DNA of 64,000 bases from Candidatus Binataceae bacterium (GCA_050736695.1 JBOHWH010000135.1:28504-92503); one strand, 5' to 3'; numbered from the stretch's first letter, positions 8,569-18,891 are shown. Program-made: numbers and translations. Notes: a model not told the origin generated them from the sequence alone.

Positions 8569-9984
8569 TCAGGTCAAATGGGAACGCGCAGAATGCGAAA
8601 ACTCCGCGGCCTCGCGCGCGAGACGGCCGGCAAGAGCTTCGCACTGGGAGCGCAGATCGGGCACGGCGATAATTTCCCAATAGGCGCCCTTGGTGATCGA
8701 GCCCAGCGCAAACAAATTCCGCTGCGCAGTTCCGTCCGCCGCAATGAGACGCAAATCGCCGGCGACCTCCAGCCCGAGGCGCGAGGGATCGGGGCGAACG
8801 ATCCCGTGTCCGAGCATCGATTGAATCAGGGGATCGTCGATGCGGCGATAATCCGCCGACGGTCCCGAGCAATTGATCACGCGCGCAACGCTCAGAGACT
8901 CAGGCTCGGCCCCGCCACGGCCTCGATATTCCACCCACACCATCGATCCGACGATCCGGTAAGCGTCGATTCGCCCCGCATGAAAGACGAGCTGCCCTGA
9001 TGCTACCGCGGCGGCGATTCGCGCGCCGATCTCCGGCGCGACGCGATGCCGGTGCACGTCCCACCATGGCCGCAGATGGCGGAGAAAACGCCTGCGCTCA
9101 GACATCGCGGCACGGCGCCATAACTCCTGCGTGATTGGGCGCAATGCGTCGATTACGGATTGCCACGGAACGTCGCGCGCCGATTCGGCGTCGATTCGGG
9201 CGCGAACTACGCGCAGCATCGCGCGTGCCGACACCGGAAGCGCGGCGAGCTCGAACGGCGGAGTCGCCACAGAGGCCTCGAGATGACGGCGCGGCAACAG
9301 TCCGTGCCGTGAGATGGCGTTGATCGTGCCGGTATGACCGCGCTCGACCAGCAAAATGGCGATATCGACGGTAGTCAGAGCCGCGCCGATCAAAAGCACG
9401 GGCGCGTTCGGCTCTATATGATCCAGCGCGCCAGCCGCCCAGGGGTCTCGGCGATAGAAGGAAGAAGTATAAAAGCTTGGATCGGCAACCGGCGGATCCG
9501 CAGGCGAAAAATTCCCCGGCGCGAGCACCACGGCGCCGGCGTCGAGACTATCGCCGCTCGCAAATCTGATTCGCAGACTTTTGCCTGCCGGCTCGACGTC
9601 GATCGCGGTCTCGCGATGCGTCACGATCCGCTCGGGATGCGCGCGACGAGCTTGCGCGAGCAATTCTTCGAGATAGCGCCCATACAAAAGACGTGGAACG
9701 AAACTGGCCGCGTTGAAGTCGGCCGCGCCGTTTGCTGCCGCGTCGCCTCGCAGCCAATTGAGAAAATGATCGGGCTCGCCGGGAAACGCACTCATCTTAC
9801 CGGCAGGAACATTCAGGAGATGCCGCGAGCTGGCAGTTGAATAGGCGAGTCCGCGTGCGAAGCCGCTCTTGTCGATCAAGTCTACATGTAGATCGGCGCC
9901 GGAATCCGTCCCGAGCCGGCGCATCAATTGCGCCGCGAGGATCGATCCGCTGAAGCCAGCCCCAATGATTGCGAGTTTGCGCAC
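8569..9984 (-). CDS. FAD/NAD(P)-binding oxidoreductase (YdhS-like FAD_NAD(P)-binding family)
   Basis: N-terminal Rossmann GxGxxG (KLAIIGAGFSGS). 471 aa. Confidence 0.7.
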   Translation of the reverse strand: MRKLAIIGAGFSGSILAAQLMRRLGTDSGADLHVDLIDKSGFARGLAYSTASSRHLLNVPAGKMSAFPGEPDHFLNWLRGDAAANGAADFNAASFVPRLLYGRYLEELLAQARRAHPERIVTHRETAIDVEPAGKSLRIRFASGDSLDAGAVVLAPGNFSPADPPVADPSFYTSSFYRRDPWAAGALDHIEPNAPVLLIGAALTTVDIAILLVERGHTGTINAISRHGLLPRRHLEASVATPPFELAALPVSARAMLRVVRARIDAESARDVPWQSVIDALRPITQELWRRAAMSERRRFLRHLRPWWDVHRHRVAPEIGARIAAAVASGQLVFHAGRIDAYRIVGSMVWVEYRGRGGAEPESLSVARVINCSGPSADYRRIDDPLIQSMLGHGIVRPDPSRLGLEVAGDLRLIAADGTAQRNLFALGSITKGAYWEIIAVPDLRSQCEALAGRLAREAAEFSHSARSHLT

Positions 9985-10067
9985 TTAGGAAAATGCGGAC
10001 TGTGGCCCGCCCTAGAATAGCTGTCCGACCCCCGACCCCAAGTCAAGCAAGACGCCCGCGCGCGGAC

Positions 10068-10096
10068 TTGCGAGACTAACGTGCCGGCGCGATAAT
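10068..10096 (+). promoter_or_regulatory. sigma70-type promoter for tRNA-Val (-35 TTGCGA, 17-bp spacer, -10 GATAAT)
   Basis: TTGCGA at 10068-10073 and GATAAT at 10091-10096, with the tRNA 5' end at 10110. Confidence 0.6.
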
Positions 10097-10109
10097 CCTG
10101 CTTCGCGAT

Positions 10110-10187
10110 GGACGCATAGCTCAGCTCGGTTAGAGCACATGCCTCACATGCATGGGGTCGCAGGTTCAAATCCTGCTGCGTCCACCA
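10110..10187 (+). tRNA. tRNA-Val (anticodon CAC), CCA encoded
   Basis: Cloverleaf: acceptor GGACGCA/TGCGTCC, D-arm GCTC..GAGC, anticodon stem CATGC/GCATG with loop CTCACAT, T-arm GCAGG-TTCAAAT-CCTGC, then discriminator A and CCA. Confidence 0.85.
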
Positions 10188-10745
10188 TCCAGTCCCTCAG
10201 TTTACGAACATCTCGGAGAATCGCAGGAAATCCGCGCATGTGCGCGCGATTTGCGATCGCGCAGGGACCCGGAGAACGACCCTTTCGGCGTGATTCGCCA
10301 GAATCGGCCGATTTCTCTCTCGGCGCGAATTGCCTAGGTCCCACCCCACGCCTGGCGAGACGACTTCCCATGTCGGCGCGACAGAGCGATGTGTGCTGAG
10401 GACGGTCGGTCGCGCCGAAGCGCCGGCCCGAGAAGGAGAACCACATGAACGCGAATACCAAACCGGTCGCAGCCACGCCGACGCCAGCGCTGCCCTCGAA
10501 AAACAGGAAGGACGCACCTCGGCCATCGCGGTCATCGCGTGCGGCGGCCAAAGCGCAGAAGTTGGTCTGTCGATATTGCGGCAGCGACGATCTCGCGCCG
10601 TCGTTCAAGAAGCGACGCGACGCCCGCTGCCGCGCCTGCTTCAAGAAGCGCTACGGTTCTGCTACGCGCAAGAAGGACACGCGCACTCGGAACACGAAGA
10701 CCGCGAAGTAGTTTCGCGGCGCAACCAAAGTAATTGGGGCCGGGT
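10178..10745 (+). repeat. Left copy of an imperfect direct repeat (tRNA-Val 3' end plus small-gene region) marking the left border of a genomic island
   Basis: Sequence from the tRNA 3' strand (ctgcgtccacca...) through the 88-aa ORF recurs at 32606-32975. The second copy differs by base substitutions, a roughly 170-bp segment absent from it, and frame-disrupting indels. Confidence 0.7.
10445..10711 (+). CDS. Small basic zinc-ribbon protein (C4: CRYCG...CRAC), hypothetical
   Basis: GAAGGAGAA RBS lies 4 nt before the ATG. 88 aa, Lys/Arg-rich with CxxC...CxxC. A degraded second copy lies at 32690-32950. Confidence 0.5.
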   Translation: MNANTKPVAATPTPALPSKNRKDAPRPSRSSRAAAKAQKLVCRYCGSDDLAPSFKKRRDARCRACFKKRYGSATRKKDTRTRNTKTAK

Positions 10746-10825
10746 CCTCGAAGGGGCCCGGCCTCGTCTCATTCGTTGAAGAGAGTCACAACTTGCCCGC
10801 GTGCAAGAGATCCTTCAGACGTGAA

Positions 10826-12508
10826 CTAGCGGATGCCGAGCGCCTGTTCCTGCGCGCTCCAGAGCAGAGGGAGATCGACCCGGCGGGAGAGACCGATCAC
10901 GGTGAGGTCCGGCGGCTGGCGACCTTCGGCTATCGCCTCGACGATTCGCGGCGACAGAAATGCGAGCCGAAGCAATCGATGGACGGAGCGGCGATCGAGC
11001 TGTTCCCGCCGCGCCAGCTCTGAGATCGACTGAACGCGGCCCGAGATCAGATCCAGAGACCAGCGGCGGGCGCGGGCGACCGCGTTGAGCAGGGGCAGAT
11101 CGACCCGGGCGGGGGTAGCGTCGCCCTCAAGCACCATGCGCATCTCGACTCCGCGCCGCTTCATCTGCATCGGAACGAATTTGGTCAGAGCGATGTGGCG
11201 CCGCGACGTGTCGCTCTCTCCTTCGGCCGGTGGGATCGGCAGCTTGAGCGAGACTCGGATGCCGTCGCGGCCGAGCTCGGTCCGCTCAATCAAGTCAGCA
11301 AGCGCCGCTGAAGTTTCGGTCTCGGCGCGCAGGCGCTCAATCCAAGCTTGAGCCGACTTCAGAACCGACGGCAGCCGATGCGCGTCGATGCCGGACTCCT
11401 CTGCTTTCTGCGCAATGGCATCACGGTCGGCGAGAAACTGTCGGGCAGCAGCGGAGACGGAGCGCTCAATCTCGAGCGCGGATAATCGCCATCTAGGCTC
11501 CCCACTCTCAGGCCCATTTAGGACTCGTTTCCTGGATACGTAATAGCGATAGCGGTGTTGACCTTTCGCTGCTCCCTGAACGTACAGAGGATCGCCCGTT
11601 TCATCGAACAACTTGCCGGCTAGCGGACTTCGCGGCGCCTCGGTCTTGCGGCCCTCGCCTCGGCGGACCGCACCGGTGCGCAGCCGTTCCTGGACCCGTT
11701 CCCAGAGCTCGCGGCTCAAGATGGCCTCGTGTTGCCCTGGGTAGCGTTCTTTCTTGTGTCGGATCTCCCCGAGGTAGATCGGGTTGGAGAGCAGACAGTA
11801 GAGCGCTCCGCGTGAGAAGGGCTTTCCGCCTCTTTGCCTGCCCTTCTTCGATACCTTAACCGCGGAGACAATCCCGCGCCGATCGAGGTCTCGCTTCAGA
11901 AGCCGGACGCTGCCGAGTTCCAGATAGCGCTCGAAGATCTGGCTGACCATCTTGGCTTCGCCGGGGTTGACGACGAGCTTGCGCGCGTGGACGTCGTAAC
12001 CCATTGCTAGCCCTCCACCCACCCAGATCCCCCTGCGCTTGGAGGCGGCCACCTTGTCCCGGATCCGCTCGCCGATCACTTCACGCTCGAACTGGGCGAA
12101 CGACAGCAGCACGTTCAGAGTGAGCCGCCCCATCGAGGTGGTGGTGTTGAACTGCTGGGTGACGGAGACGAACGACACGCCCTGCGCGTCGAACAACTCG
12201 ACCATCTTGGCGAAGTCCGCGAGCGAGCGGGTCAACCGGTCGACTTTGTACACGACCACCACATCGACCAAACCTTCGCGGATGCTCGCGAGCAGTTGCT
12301 GCAACGCCGGCCGCTCCATCGAGCCGCCCGAGAAGCCGCCATCATCATAGGCGGTCTTGACGAGCTTCCAGCCCTCGCCCGCTTGGCTCTTGATGAACGC
12401 CTCGCACGCCTCGCGCTGGGCGTGCAGCGAGTTGAAGTCCTGCTCCAGACCCTCTTCCGAGGACTTGCGGGTGTAAATCGCGCAACGCCTGATAGGAGTA
12501 TCAGCCAT
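10826..12508 (-). CDS. Large serine recombinase (resolvase N-domain + recombinase domain + zinc-ribbon/coiled-coil C-terminus)
   Basis: Resolvase catalytic N-terminus (CAIYTRKSSEEG...VVVYKVDRLTRS) plus a long C-terminal recombinase domain. AGGAGG RBS lies 6 nt before the ATG at 12508; the ORF-track upstream extension is spurious. Confidence 0.9.
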   Translation of the reverse strand: MADTPIRRCAIYTRKSSEEGLEQDFNSLHAQREACEAFIKSQAGEGWKLVKTAYDDGGFSGGSMERPALQQLLASIREGLVDVVVVYKVDRLTRSLADFAKMVELFDAQGVSFVSVTQQFNTTTSMGRLTLNVLLSFAQFEREVIGERIRDKVAASKRRGIWVGGGLAMGYDVHARKLVVNPGEAKMVSQIFERYLELGSVRLLKRDLDRRGIVSAVKVSKKGRQRGGKPFSRGALYCLLSNPIYLGEIRHKKERYPGQHEAILSRELWERVQERLRTGAVRRGEGRKTEAPRSPLAGKLFDETGDPLYVQGAAKGQHRYRYYVSRKRVLNGPESGEPRWRLSALEIERSVSAAARQFLADRDAIAQKAEESGIDAHRLPSVLKSAQAWIERLRAETETSAALADLIERTELGRDGIRVSLKLPIPPAEGESDTSRRHIALTKFVPMQMKRRGVEMRMVLEGDATPARVDLPLLNAVARARRWSLDLISGRVQSISELARREQLDRRSVHRLLRLAFLSPRIVEAIAEGRQPPDLTVIGLSRRVDLPLLWSAQEQALGIR

Positions 12509-13001
12509 TGGCCACCTCCTTGGCCCGGCGCTTGAGGCCGAAGAACAGTGGTCCGGACCAGTGGGTGCCGGTGATGACACGGGCGACTTCCGACAGCGAC
12601 TTGTAGCGCCGCCCACGATAGACGACGTCGTGATCGAGCACCGTGACCCGGTGATGGACGCCGCGCCATTCCCGGATCAGAACGGTTCCCGCGCCAACCC
12701 GTCGATTCGGAATACGCTCCGAAACGGCCTCTGCAAGGCCATTGCATACGCGATCGAGGATCCGCTGCGTGGATGGCCTGACGCCGCCGAGCGCTCTCTC
12801 TTGGAGCCGATACGCGATCGCCCAAATCATGAAGGACCGTCCGAGGTACGGCGACGGATCGCCACCAAACAGCGCCTTCCATCTCTGCCGCAGCGCCTCG
12901 GGATCAAGCGCGCGAAGGCTCGCAAGCTCCGTCGCCAGATCTTCGGAACCGCCAGCGCGGCGGGGCTTCCTGTTTCGATTTCGCGAACTTTCCCGTCCCA
13001 T
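12501..13001 (-). CDS. DUF2924-family protein (serine-recombinase-associated)
   Basis: Small basic protein immediately upstream of, and overlapping, the serine recombinase; this pairing is typical of DUF2924 in integrative elements. A diverged remnant copy lies at 33665-34110. Confidence 0.6.
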   Translation of the reverse strand: MGRESSRNRNRKPRRAGGSEDLATELASLRALDPEALRQRWKALFGGDPSPYLGRSFMIWAIAYRLQERALGGVRPSTQRILDRVCNGLAEAVSERIPNRRVGAGTVLIREWRGVHHRVTVLDHDVVYRGRRYKSLSEVARVITGTHWSGPLFFGLKRRAKEVANG

Positions 13002-13437
13002 GGAGACCTCCTTTCAGACCTCCATGTGCGCTCTGTGTGCGTTGGAAATCCAGTCGCCGTTGACCGGCCTAAGTATGCGAAAGATTTGAAGAATTTGGCC
13101 CCAAGAGCCCGATCTATGGCTCAAGGCGCGGCGCATAATGCTTTCTAGCTGATAGAAAGGTCCGGAGCGCCGTGTCGCCTCCGGATTACCTGAATGCAAT
13201 GCAGGTTCACAGCCCACTCAGCAGTCACAGCGAACCAAGTATTTTCGTAATTAGCTGCGCGATGAAACCCGCAACGCTCCTGATCTACGCTACAAAGGGA
13301 ACGATCTCGAACGCGCGTGACCGGCACCCAACCATCGAGTGTGAATATAGTGGCCTGCTGACGGCGGATTTCAAATCATCTACTGGTTGCTCTTGGCAGA
13401 GAGTAGTAACCTCGTACGGCGGCGGAAAGGTGTTCCG

Positions 13438-13635
13438 ATGGACGATTTCAATATCGATCCAAAACGAGGCGTTGTATGCTCGAAGTGCGGCAAAGTGATC
13501 GCGCGCATTTGGGAAGAGAGACCTTCATGTCCACGAAAATCCTGCGGAGTCAGCTCTTGTCCGTATTGCGATAATGGGAAGCCTCCAAGATGCCCGCTTG
13601 GCGATAGTGATTGCGGTTTGGGGCTCCCAGTCTGA
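13438..13635 (+). CDS. Hypothetical Cys-rich small protein
   Basis: 66 codons from the internal ATG, with ten Cys (CSKCGK...CPRKSCGVSSCPYCDNGKPPRCPLGDSDCG), in a lower-GC patch of the island. Confidence 0.25.
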   Translation: MDDFNIDPKRGVVCSKCGKVIARIWEERPSCPRKSCGVSSCPYCDNGKPPRCPLGDSDCGLGLPV

Positions 13636-14180
13636 ACTCTCTTTTCGGCGCCGCGACCGGCGCGCTCCGCGGCATTCAGGAATTTTAGCTATTCTCGGGA
13701 TGGGAGCGTTACCCGATGGCGAAGAATCAGCCGAGAGACCATCGTACGTGCGCCAAGGATAGACGGTATAACGCGACCCCTCCACCCAAAGCATCGGCAA
13801 CGGCGTTCAGATCACCGGAGCGAAGCGGATGACAGCTTTAGGGTTCCCGATCAAACTCACGGGACGCGCGTTGGGCCACCGACAATGACGCAATCGGGGT
13901 CGGTAAGGTTCAGGCGGTTCTCCGATCACCTGGCGAGCTCGGAATGGACGCACACTATGGGGTCGACAGATGGTCAGGAAAGCTGACACTGCGCGGCGGC
14001 TTCTTACGTGGCGATCTGGTCTGCGGCGGCGAGGCGGCATCGTTGAACGGAAGAATCTTTCAGAGTCCATTCGAGCCAAACCGATGGTTCTTTTCCGGCG
14101 AATGGAAGGAAGGCGGAACGGTCTACTTCTTTTGGGCCGACCTCGAAGCGAAGCCACAATAGGTCTTTGGGACTCTGCGC

Positions 14181-14807
14181 ATGACAGTCGAGGAATACTT
14201 AGACATCCGAACAAAAGTAATGGCGCACCCCAACGGCCGCGCCGAGATTGAATGGCTGCGAAAGGCCGGCCGTCCGAAAGATTCCAACGATCTCGCGTTG
14301 CGGTTGGCGTCAGTGGTGACCTCGTCGGGTTTCGAATACCGTCCCGAGCTTTGGGAGCGCATCGGGTCGGCGTTGCGCCGCGGTCGACGAATCTTCCCTG
14401 ATGTGTTTGGAAACAAGAATAAGGCGGCGGCAATCGAAAAGATTTGGCGCGACCGACGTGCACTGTTCACGACGTTCAAAGCGATCCATACCCCGCAAGA
14501 GGCGCTCAAGTGGTGCGAGGGAATCCCGTATGTTCAGGGTCCGGTGTTGAGGTACCAAGCCGTACGCGACCTGGGTGTCGCCGATGTGGCGAAGCCAGAT
14601 CGGCATTTGGAGCGCATCGCTGAAAGGGCCGGTGAGTTCCTGAATGAACTAAGCAAACGGCTGGCGCGTTCAACGGGCGACAGCGTAGGAATGGTGGATA
14701 TGGTCCTCTGGAACGGCGCGCGCTTGCGGATAATTCCGGGCATCAGCCGTCGGCGTGGCCGTGTCGCAGATTGTCAGCCGCGCGCTCGCGCGTCCCGACG
14801 CCGATGA
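14181..14807 (+). CDS. Hypothetical protein (possible HhH-type DNA-binding segment)
   Basis: 208-aa ORF. The segment GIPYVQGPVLRYQAVRDLGVADVAKPDRHLERI loosely resembles a helix-hairpin-helix / HhH-GPD motif. No firm assignment. Confidence 0.3.
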   Translation: MTVEEYLDIRTKVMAHPNGRAEIEWLRKAGRPKDSNDLALRLASVVTSSGFEYRPELWERIGSALRRGRRIFPDVFGNKNKAAAIEKIWRDRRALFTTFKAIHTPQEALKWCEGIPYVQGPVLRYQAVRDLGVADVAKPDRHLERIAERAGEFLNELSKRLARSTGDSVGMVDMVLWNGARLRIIPGISRRRGRVADCQPRARASRRR

Positions 14808-15429
14808 AAAGATCCTACATAGCCGTGCGGCGGATAATTCTGATTCAAGTCACGTTTTTCTTAGGACAACCGAACGACTTTCCCTTTCTCCGCGGCGAGC
14901 GATTTGCGCCTGGGTCGCGGACGTTTCTCGGCCGATGAAGTGTCGCCCGGAGAACCGGTGACTGTCCATCTACCTGCCGAAAATCCGCGCTTAATCTGAT
15001 CCAGCGGAATATGAAGTTTATCAAGTACTCTTCAACGGATCACTCCCTCGTGCTTCAGTCCCAGACTCATTTGGGCGATTCTTTTTCGTATTCGGCGTAA
15101 TTTCCGTGCTTTAGACCTCACATGAAATTGGGACAGCGTTCGAGAGGCGTTTGCGTGCATCGCAACTTCGGTTGTGGGACAGAAAGGGCTTGGCGCGGAC
15201 GAGAAGTCCGACGGCGCCCAGCTACTATGATGCTGTGCGCTAGGCGCATTGCTAGACGAAGGAGTTTACCGGGACCGCCTCAAGACTCTCACCTGCACCC
15301 GCGATGTCTCGGGGATATGACCAAGAGTCAGGAATGGGGACGCAAATTGGTGTAGGATTCGTCTTCGCGGCCCAGTGCGCTCGCGGAGTGCTTCGGTGCC
15401 GGTTCGATGGCAGCCAGGTTGATGGCGGA

Positions 15430-17295
15430 ATGATGTCCCGACGCGACACGGAACCTGAACGCAAAACTCGCCTAATGCGAGTGGATCCGAAGCTTCACAT
15501 TCTGGGCTGGAAAATGGTCGCATTCAACCCCGATCTTGATTTATCCGCATGCACGGCACATGCGATTACTGAATACCCGACTGACGAAGGCCCGGCCGAT
15601 TACGCTTTGGCTCTCAACGGACGTATCGTCGGAATTATCGAGGCGAAAAAGCTCTCCCTCGGGCCCCAGAATGTCCTGACGCAGGCGGAGCGCTATGCCC
15701 GCAGCCTGCCGCCCAGCGAGTTAAATTTCAACGGCCTGCGCGCGCCGTTCCTGTACTCCACGAATGGCGAGGTGATCTGGTTTCATGACGTGCGCTCGCC
15801 TGCGAGTCGCTCGCGCCGCATCGCCAACTTTCACACGCCGGTCGCTCTGAGCGAGATGCTCGGGCGCGACTTCGAGGCCGAGTGCTATCGGCTGAGGGCG
15901 CTACCTAACATCCACAGCCTTCTGCGCCCCTATCAGCGAGAGGCCAACGCAGCGATCGAGCGAGGGATCGCGGAGCGGAAGCGCGTGATGCTCGTCGCGA
16001 TGGCGACCGGCACCGGCAAGACCTTTACGATGGTGAATCAGGTCTACCGGCTGATGAAATCGGGCGTCGGTCGCCGGATACTCTTCCTCGTCGATCGCCG
16101 GGCGCTGGCGGCGCAGGCGGTTCGCGAGTTTGCCTCGTTCGAGGCGGCGCCGGGCCTAAAGTTCGACAAGATTTACGAGGTTTACAGCCAGCGCTTCCAG
16201 AAAGACGATCTCGATCCCAGCGAGAAGTTCGATCCCAAGGTCATGCCCAACGCCTACCTCACGGATCCGAAGCCGGGAGCGGCGTTCGTTTACGTGAGCA
16301 CTATCCAGCGGATGGCGCGGTATCTGTTTCCCGACCGCAGCTTTGGGGAACGCGACGACGAGGACGAAAACGACCTGCCCGAGCCTCTGCCCATTCCAAT
16401 TCACGCCTTCGACCTGATCATCGCCGACGAATGCCACCGCGGCTACACCGCCGCCGAGCAGTCTCTGTGGCGCGACACGCTCGACCACTTCGATGCGATC
16501 AAAATCGGGCTTACCGCCACGCCCGCGCATCACACCACCGCCTACTTTCGCGACATCATTTACCGCTACGATTACCGCCGCGCCGTGGCCGAAGGCTTCC
16601 TGGTCGATTATGACGCCATCGCGATCAAGTCCGGCGTGCTGGTCAAGGGCATCTTCCTTAAAGAAGGCGATCGCGTGCAGACGGTTGATCCACAATCCGG
16701 CTTGACCGGCATGGACCAGCTCGAAGATCAGCGCCAATTCGACTCGACCGACGTCGAGCGCAAGATCACCGTTCCCGACACCAACAAAAAAATCGTCGAG
16801 GAACTGAAGAAGTACGCGCTGGCGCACGAGCAGAAGTTCGGGCGTTTCCCCAAAACGCTCATCTTTGCGGTCAACGACAAGCCGCACGTTTCACACGCCG
16901 ACCAGCTCGTTGATCTCTGCCGCGACATCTTCGCTCGAGGCGAAGCCTTCGTTGCCAAAATCACGGGGATCGTGGATCGCCCGTTGCAACGGATCCGCGA
17001 GTTCCGCAACCGTCCCGAGCCCGCGATCGTAGTGTCGGTGGACCTAATGTCCACCGGCGTGGACATTCCCAATCTTGAATTCATCGTGTTCGCGCGCCCC
17101 GTCAAGTCGCGCATCCTGTGGGAGCAGATGCTCGGCCGCGGTACCCGCCTCGGCAGCCTGACGCCGCCCAAGTCGCACTTCACGGTCTTCGATTGTTTCG
17201 ATGGCACGCTGTTCAATTACTTCAAGAACGCATCCGCCTTCACGGAAGGCGATTATGCCGTACTTGACTCCGACCCTCGCATGAGTTATATTTGA
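15430..17295 (+). CDS. hsdR: Type I restriction enzyme R subunit, N-terminal portion (HSDR_N PD-(D/E)xK nuclease + SF2 helicase motifs I-VI); gene apparently interrupted after motif VI
   Basis: The nuclease motif (ADYALALNGRIVGIIEAKK), Walker A (MATGTGKT), DECH box (LIIADECHRG) and motif VI (QMLGRGTRL) are all present. The ORF ends at 17295, immediately before the IS1595 transposase gene. The expected C-terminal domain is encoded separately at 20046-20972. Confidence 0.8.
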   Translation: MMSRRDTEPERKTRLMRVDPKLHILGWKMVAFNPDLDLSACTAHAITEYPTDEGPADYALALNGRIVGIIEAKKLSLGPQNVLTQAERYARSLPPSELNFNGLRAPFLYSTNGEVIWFHDVRSPASRSRRIANFHTPVALSEMLGRDFEAECYRLRALPNIHSLLRPYQREANAAIERGIAERKRVMLVAMATGTGKTFTMVNQVYRLMKSGVGRRILFLVDRRALAAQAVREFASFEAAPGLKFDKIYEVYSQRFQKDDLDPSEKFDPKVMPNAYLTDPKPGAAFVYVSTIQRMARYLFPDRSFGERDDEDENDLPEPLPIPIHAFDLIIADECHRGYTAAEQSLWRDTLDHFDAIKIGLTATPAHHTTAYFRDIIYRYDYRRAVAEGFLVDYDAIAIKSGVLVKGIFLKEGDRVQTVDPQSGLTGMDQLEDQRQFDSTDVERKITVPDTNKKIVEELKKYALAHEQKFGRFPKTLIFAVNDKPHVSHADQLVDLCRDIFARGEAFVAKITGIVDRPLQRIREFRNRPEPAIVVSVDLMSTGVDIPNLEFIVFARPVKSRILWEQMLGRGTRLGSLTPPKSHFTVFDCFDGTLFNYFKNASAFTEGDYAVLDSDPRMSYI

Positions 17296-17298
17296 TTC

Positions 17299-18225
17299 AT
17301 GCGAGAGAAGAAGCCCAAAGAGCCATTGGTTCCGCAACTTACCCTGAGTCAGTTCGCGGGCATGTTTCCCGATGAAGCCGCCTGCAAAGCCTATCTGGTC
17401 GCACGCCGCTGGCCGCAAGGCGTCCGTTGCCCGCGCTGCCAGAATGAGAAGGTGTACGAACTGAAAACCCGCCCCTTCCACTGGGTTTGCAAGAAGTGCG
17501 GCAAAACGCCTTATCGCTTCTCGGTCACGGTCGGAACCATCTTTGAGAATACCAATTACAAGTTGCTTGTTTGGTTCAAGGTTCTGCACCTGATGGTGAC
17601 CAGCAAGAAGGGAATCAGCGCGCTTCAAATCCATCGCATGATCGGTTCCGGTTCGTACCGTACCGCATGGTTCATGTGCCATCGGCTCCGCGCCGGTATG
17701 GCCGATCCCGAGTTTCGCCAGTTGATGGGCATCGTCGAAGTGGACGAAACCTATATCGGCGGCAAGGCTCAGAACATGCACCTCAACAAGCGCAAGGCGC
17801 TCGCGCTGACCGGAACCAAAGGTAAGGCGACCGTCATCGGCGCGATCTCCCGCAAGGGCAACGTGGTCTGCAAGGTGATCGAGAATACCGATCAGTTCAC
17901 GCTCGATAGGTTCGTTCGTAAAGCGGTCAATCAAGAGCGCGTCGATATGATCATGTCGGATGAGCACGGCGGTTATCGCCTGCTCGGCACTGGACCGCAG
18001 GCAATGCCGCACGGCGTCGTGCGCCACAGCGCGGGCGAATACGTTCACGGCATTGTGCATACGAATACGATCGAAGGATTCTGGAGCCTGCTCAAGCGGG
18101 GAATCATGGGCAGCTATCACAAAGTCAGCAAGAAATATCTGCCGCTCTACATCAACGAGTTTGTGTTCCGGTACAACAATCGCAAGAATCCGGACATCTT
18201 CGGGAGCGCGATAGCAGGATGCTGA
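17299..18225 (+). CDS. IS1595-family (ISXO2-like) transposase
   Basis: N-terminal transposase zinc-ribbon (CPRCQNEK...CKKCGK) followed by an ISXO2-like DDE domain (VDETYIGG...MSDEHGGY...HTNTIEGFWSLLKRG). Confidence 0.85.
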   Translation: MREKKPKEPLVPQLTLSQFAGMFPDEAACKAYLVARRWPQGVRCPRCQNEKVYELKTRPFHWVCKKCGKTPYRFSVTVGTIFENTNYKLLVWFKVLHLMVTSKKGISALQIHRMIGSGSYRTAWFMCHRLRAGMADPEFRQLMGIVEVDETYIGGKAQNMHLNKRKALALTGTKGKATVIGAISRKGNVVCKVIENTDQFTLDRFVRKAVNQERVDMIMSDEHGGYRLLGTGPQAMPHGVVRHSAGEYVHGIVHTNTIEGFWSLLKRGIMGSYHKVSKKYLPLYINEFVFRYNNRKNPDIFGSAIAGC

Positions 18226-18418
18226 AGCGACCAGACTGGCAGGCGCTTCAGCGGTCGCCAGCCAGTAGACCAACGCAACTCGACTTGTTTCCGAGAGTGC
18301 GGCGCTATGTCTAAACGAGAACCTCATGGTGTTTACGAGAACAAATAAACTAGGCGTACCAGAGCGACAATCCCGACAATGATTCCAAGCCATTGAAGCC
18401 AAGAAAGGTCACACACAA

Positions 18419-18739
18419 ATGATTCGATACTATCTTGCGGTATTCGCTCAGATAGCGAATCTAGTCGGCACTGCGACGATTTTTTTTGCACTGTCTTTTA
18501 CCTCTATCGGATTCCGCGCAGCGGTAGAGCCAACGCTCGGCAGAACCGAATTGTGCTTTGGTGGAGTGGCATTTATCGATTCCGTAGGCCATTTGATGAG
18601 CGCACCGTGCCCAGAGAACTCCACCGGCCAGATCGCGATCGTGAATAGCTTTCATCCAACAATGGCGCTTGTCGGTTTGGGGCTCGTTGTATTCGGTTCG
18701 TTATTTGCGCTTCTGACAATTCAAAAGCCGAAGGTGTAA
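18419..18739 (+). CDS. Hypothetical small membrane protein
   Basis: 106 aa with three hydrophobic segments, in the low-GC passenger region. Confidence 0.35.
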   Translation: MIRYYLAVFAQIANLVGTATIFFALSFTSIGFRAAVEPTLGRTELCFGGVAFIDSVGHLMSAPCPENSTGQIAIVNSFHPTMALVGLGLVVFGSLFALLTIQKPKV

Positions 18740-18743
18740 CGCG

Positions 18744-18887
18744 ATGTCCAAAGAAGGCGAAGCCAAAAAGAAAATTATTCACTTCTACTGTCGCCCGTGC
18801 GGCGAGTACCATCTGAAAACGCATCCGCACTATGCCGCGATGAAGCGGCGAGCCGAGCAGCGCAGGAAAGCCGAGAACGGACGATAA
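18744..18887 (+). CDS. Hypothetical 47-aa protein with CxxC..H...H pattern
   Basis: ATG...TAA ORF not in the ORF track (under 60 aa): MSKEGEAKKKIIHFYCRPCGEYHLKTHPHYAAMKRRAEQRRKAENGR, Lys/Arg-rich. Sits between two passenger genes. Confidence 0.25.
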   Translation: MSKEGEAKKKIIHFYCRPCGEYHLKTHPHYAAMKRRAEQRRKAENGR

Positions 18888-18891
18888 GGGT

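Noticed and set aside
12232-12882. 216-aa minus-strand ORF overlapping the serine recombinase and DUF2924 genes in another frame
   Set aside because: It overlaps two better-supported genes in the same orientation. The translation is Arg/Ser/Ala-rich and has no motifs.
13807-14463. 218-aa minus-strand ORF in the island
   Set aside because: Extremely Arg/Pro-rich, low-complexity translation (RPFRLPSIRRKRTIGLARMD...). It is probably non-coding, or antisense to the plus-strand ORFs at 13944-14807.
16156-18402. Long minus-strand ORFs (243 aa and 452 aa) overlapping hsdR and the IS1595 transposase
   Set aside because: They lie antisense to genes with strong motif support and have no RBS or motifs. 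They are high-GC frame artefacts.
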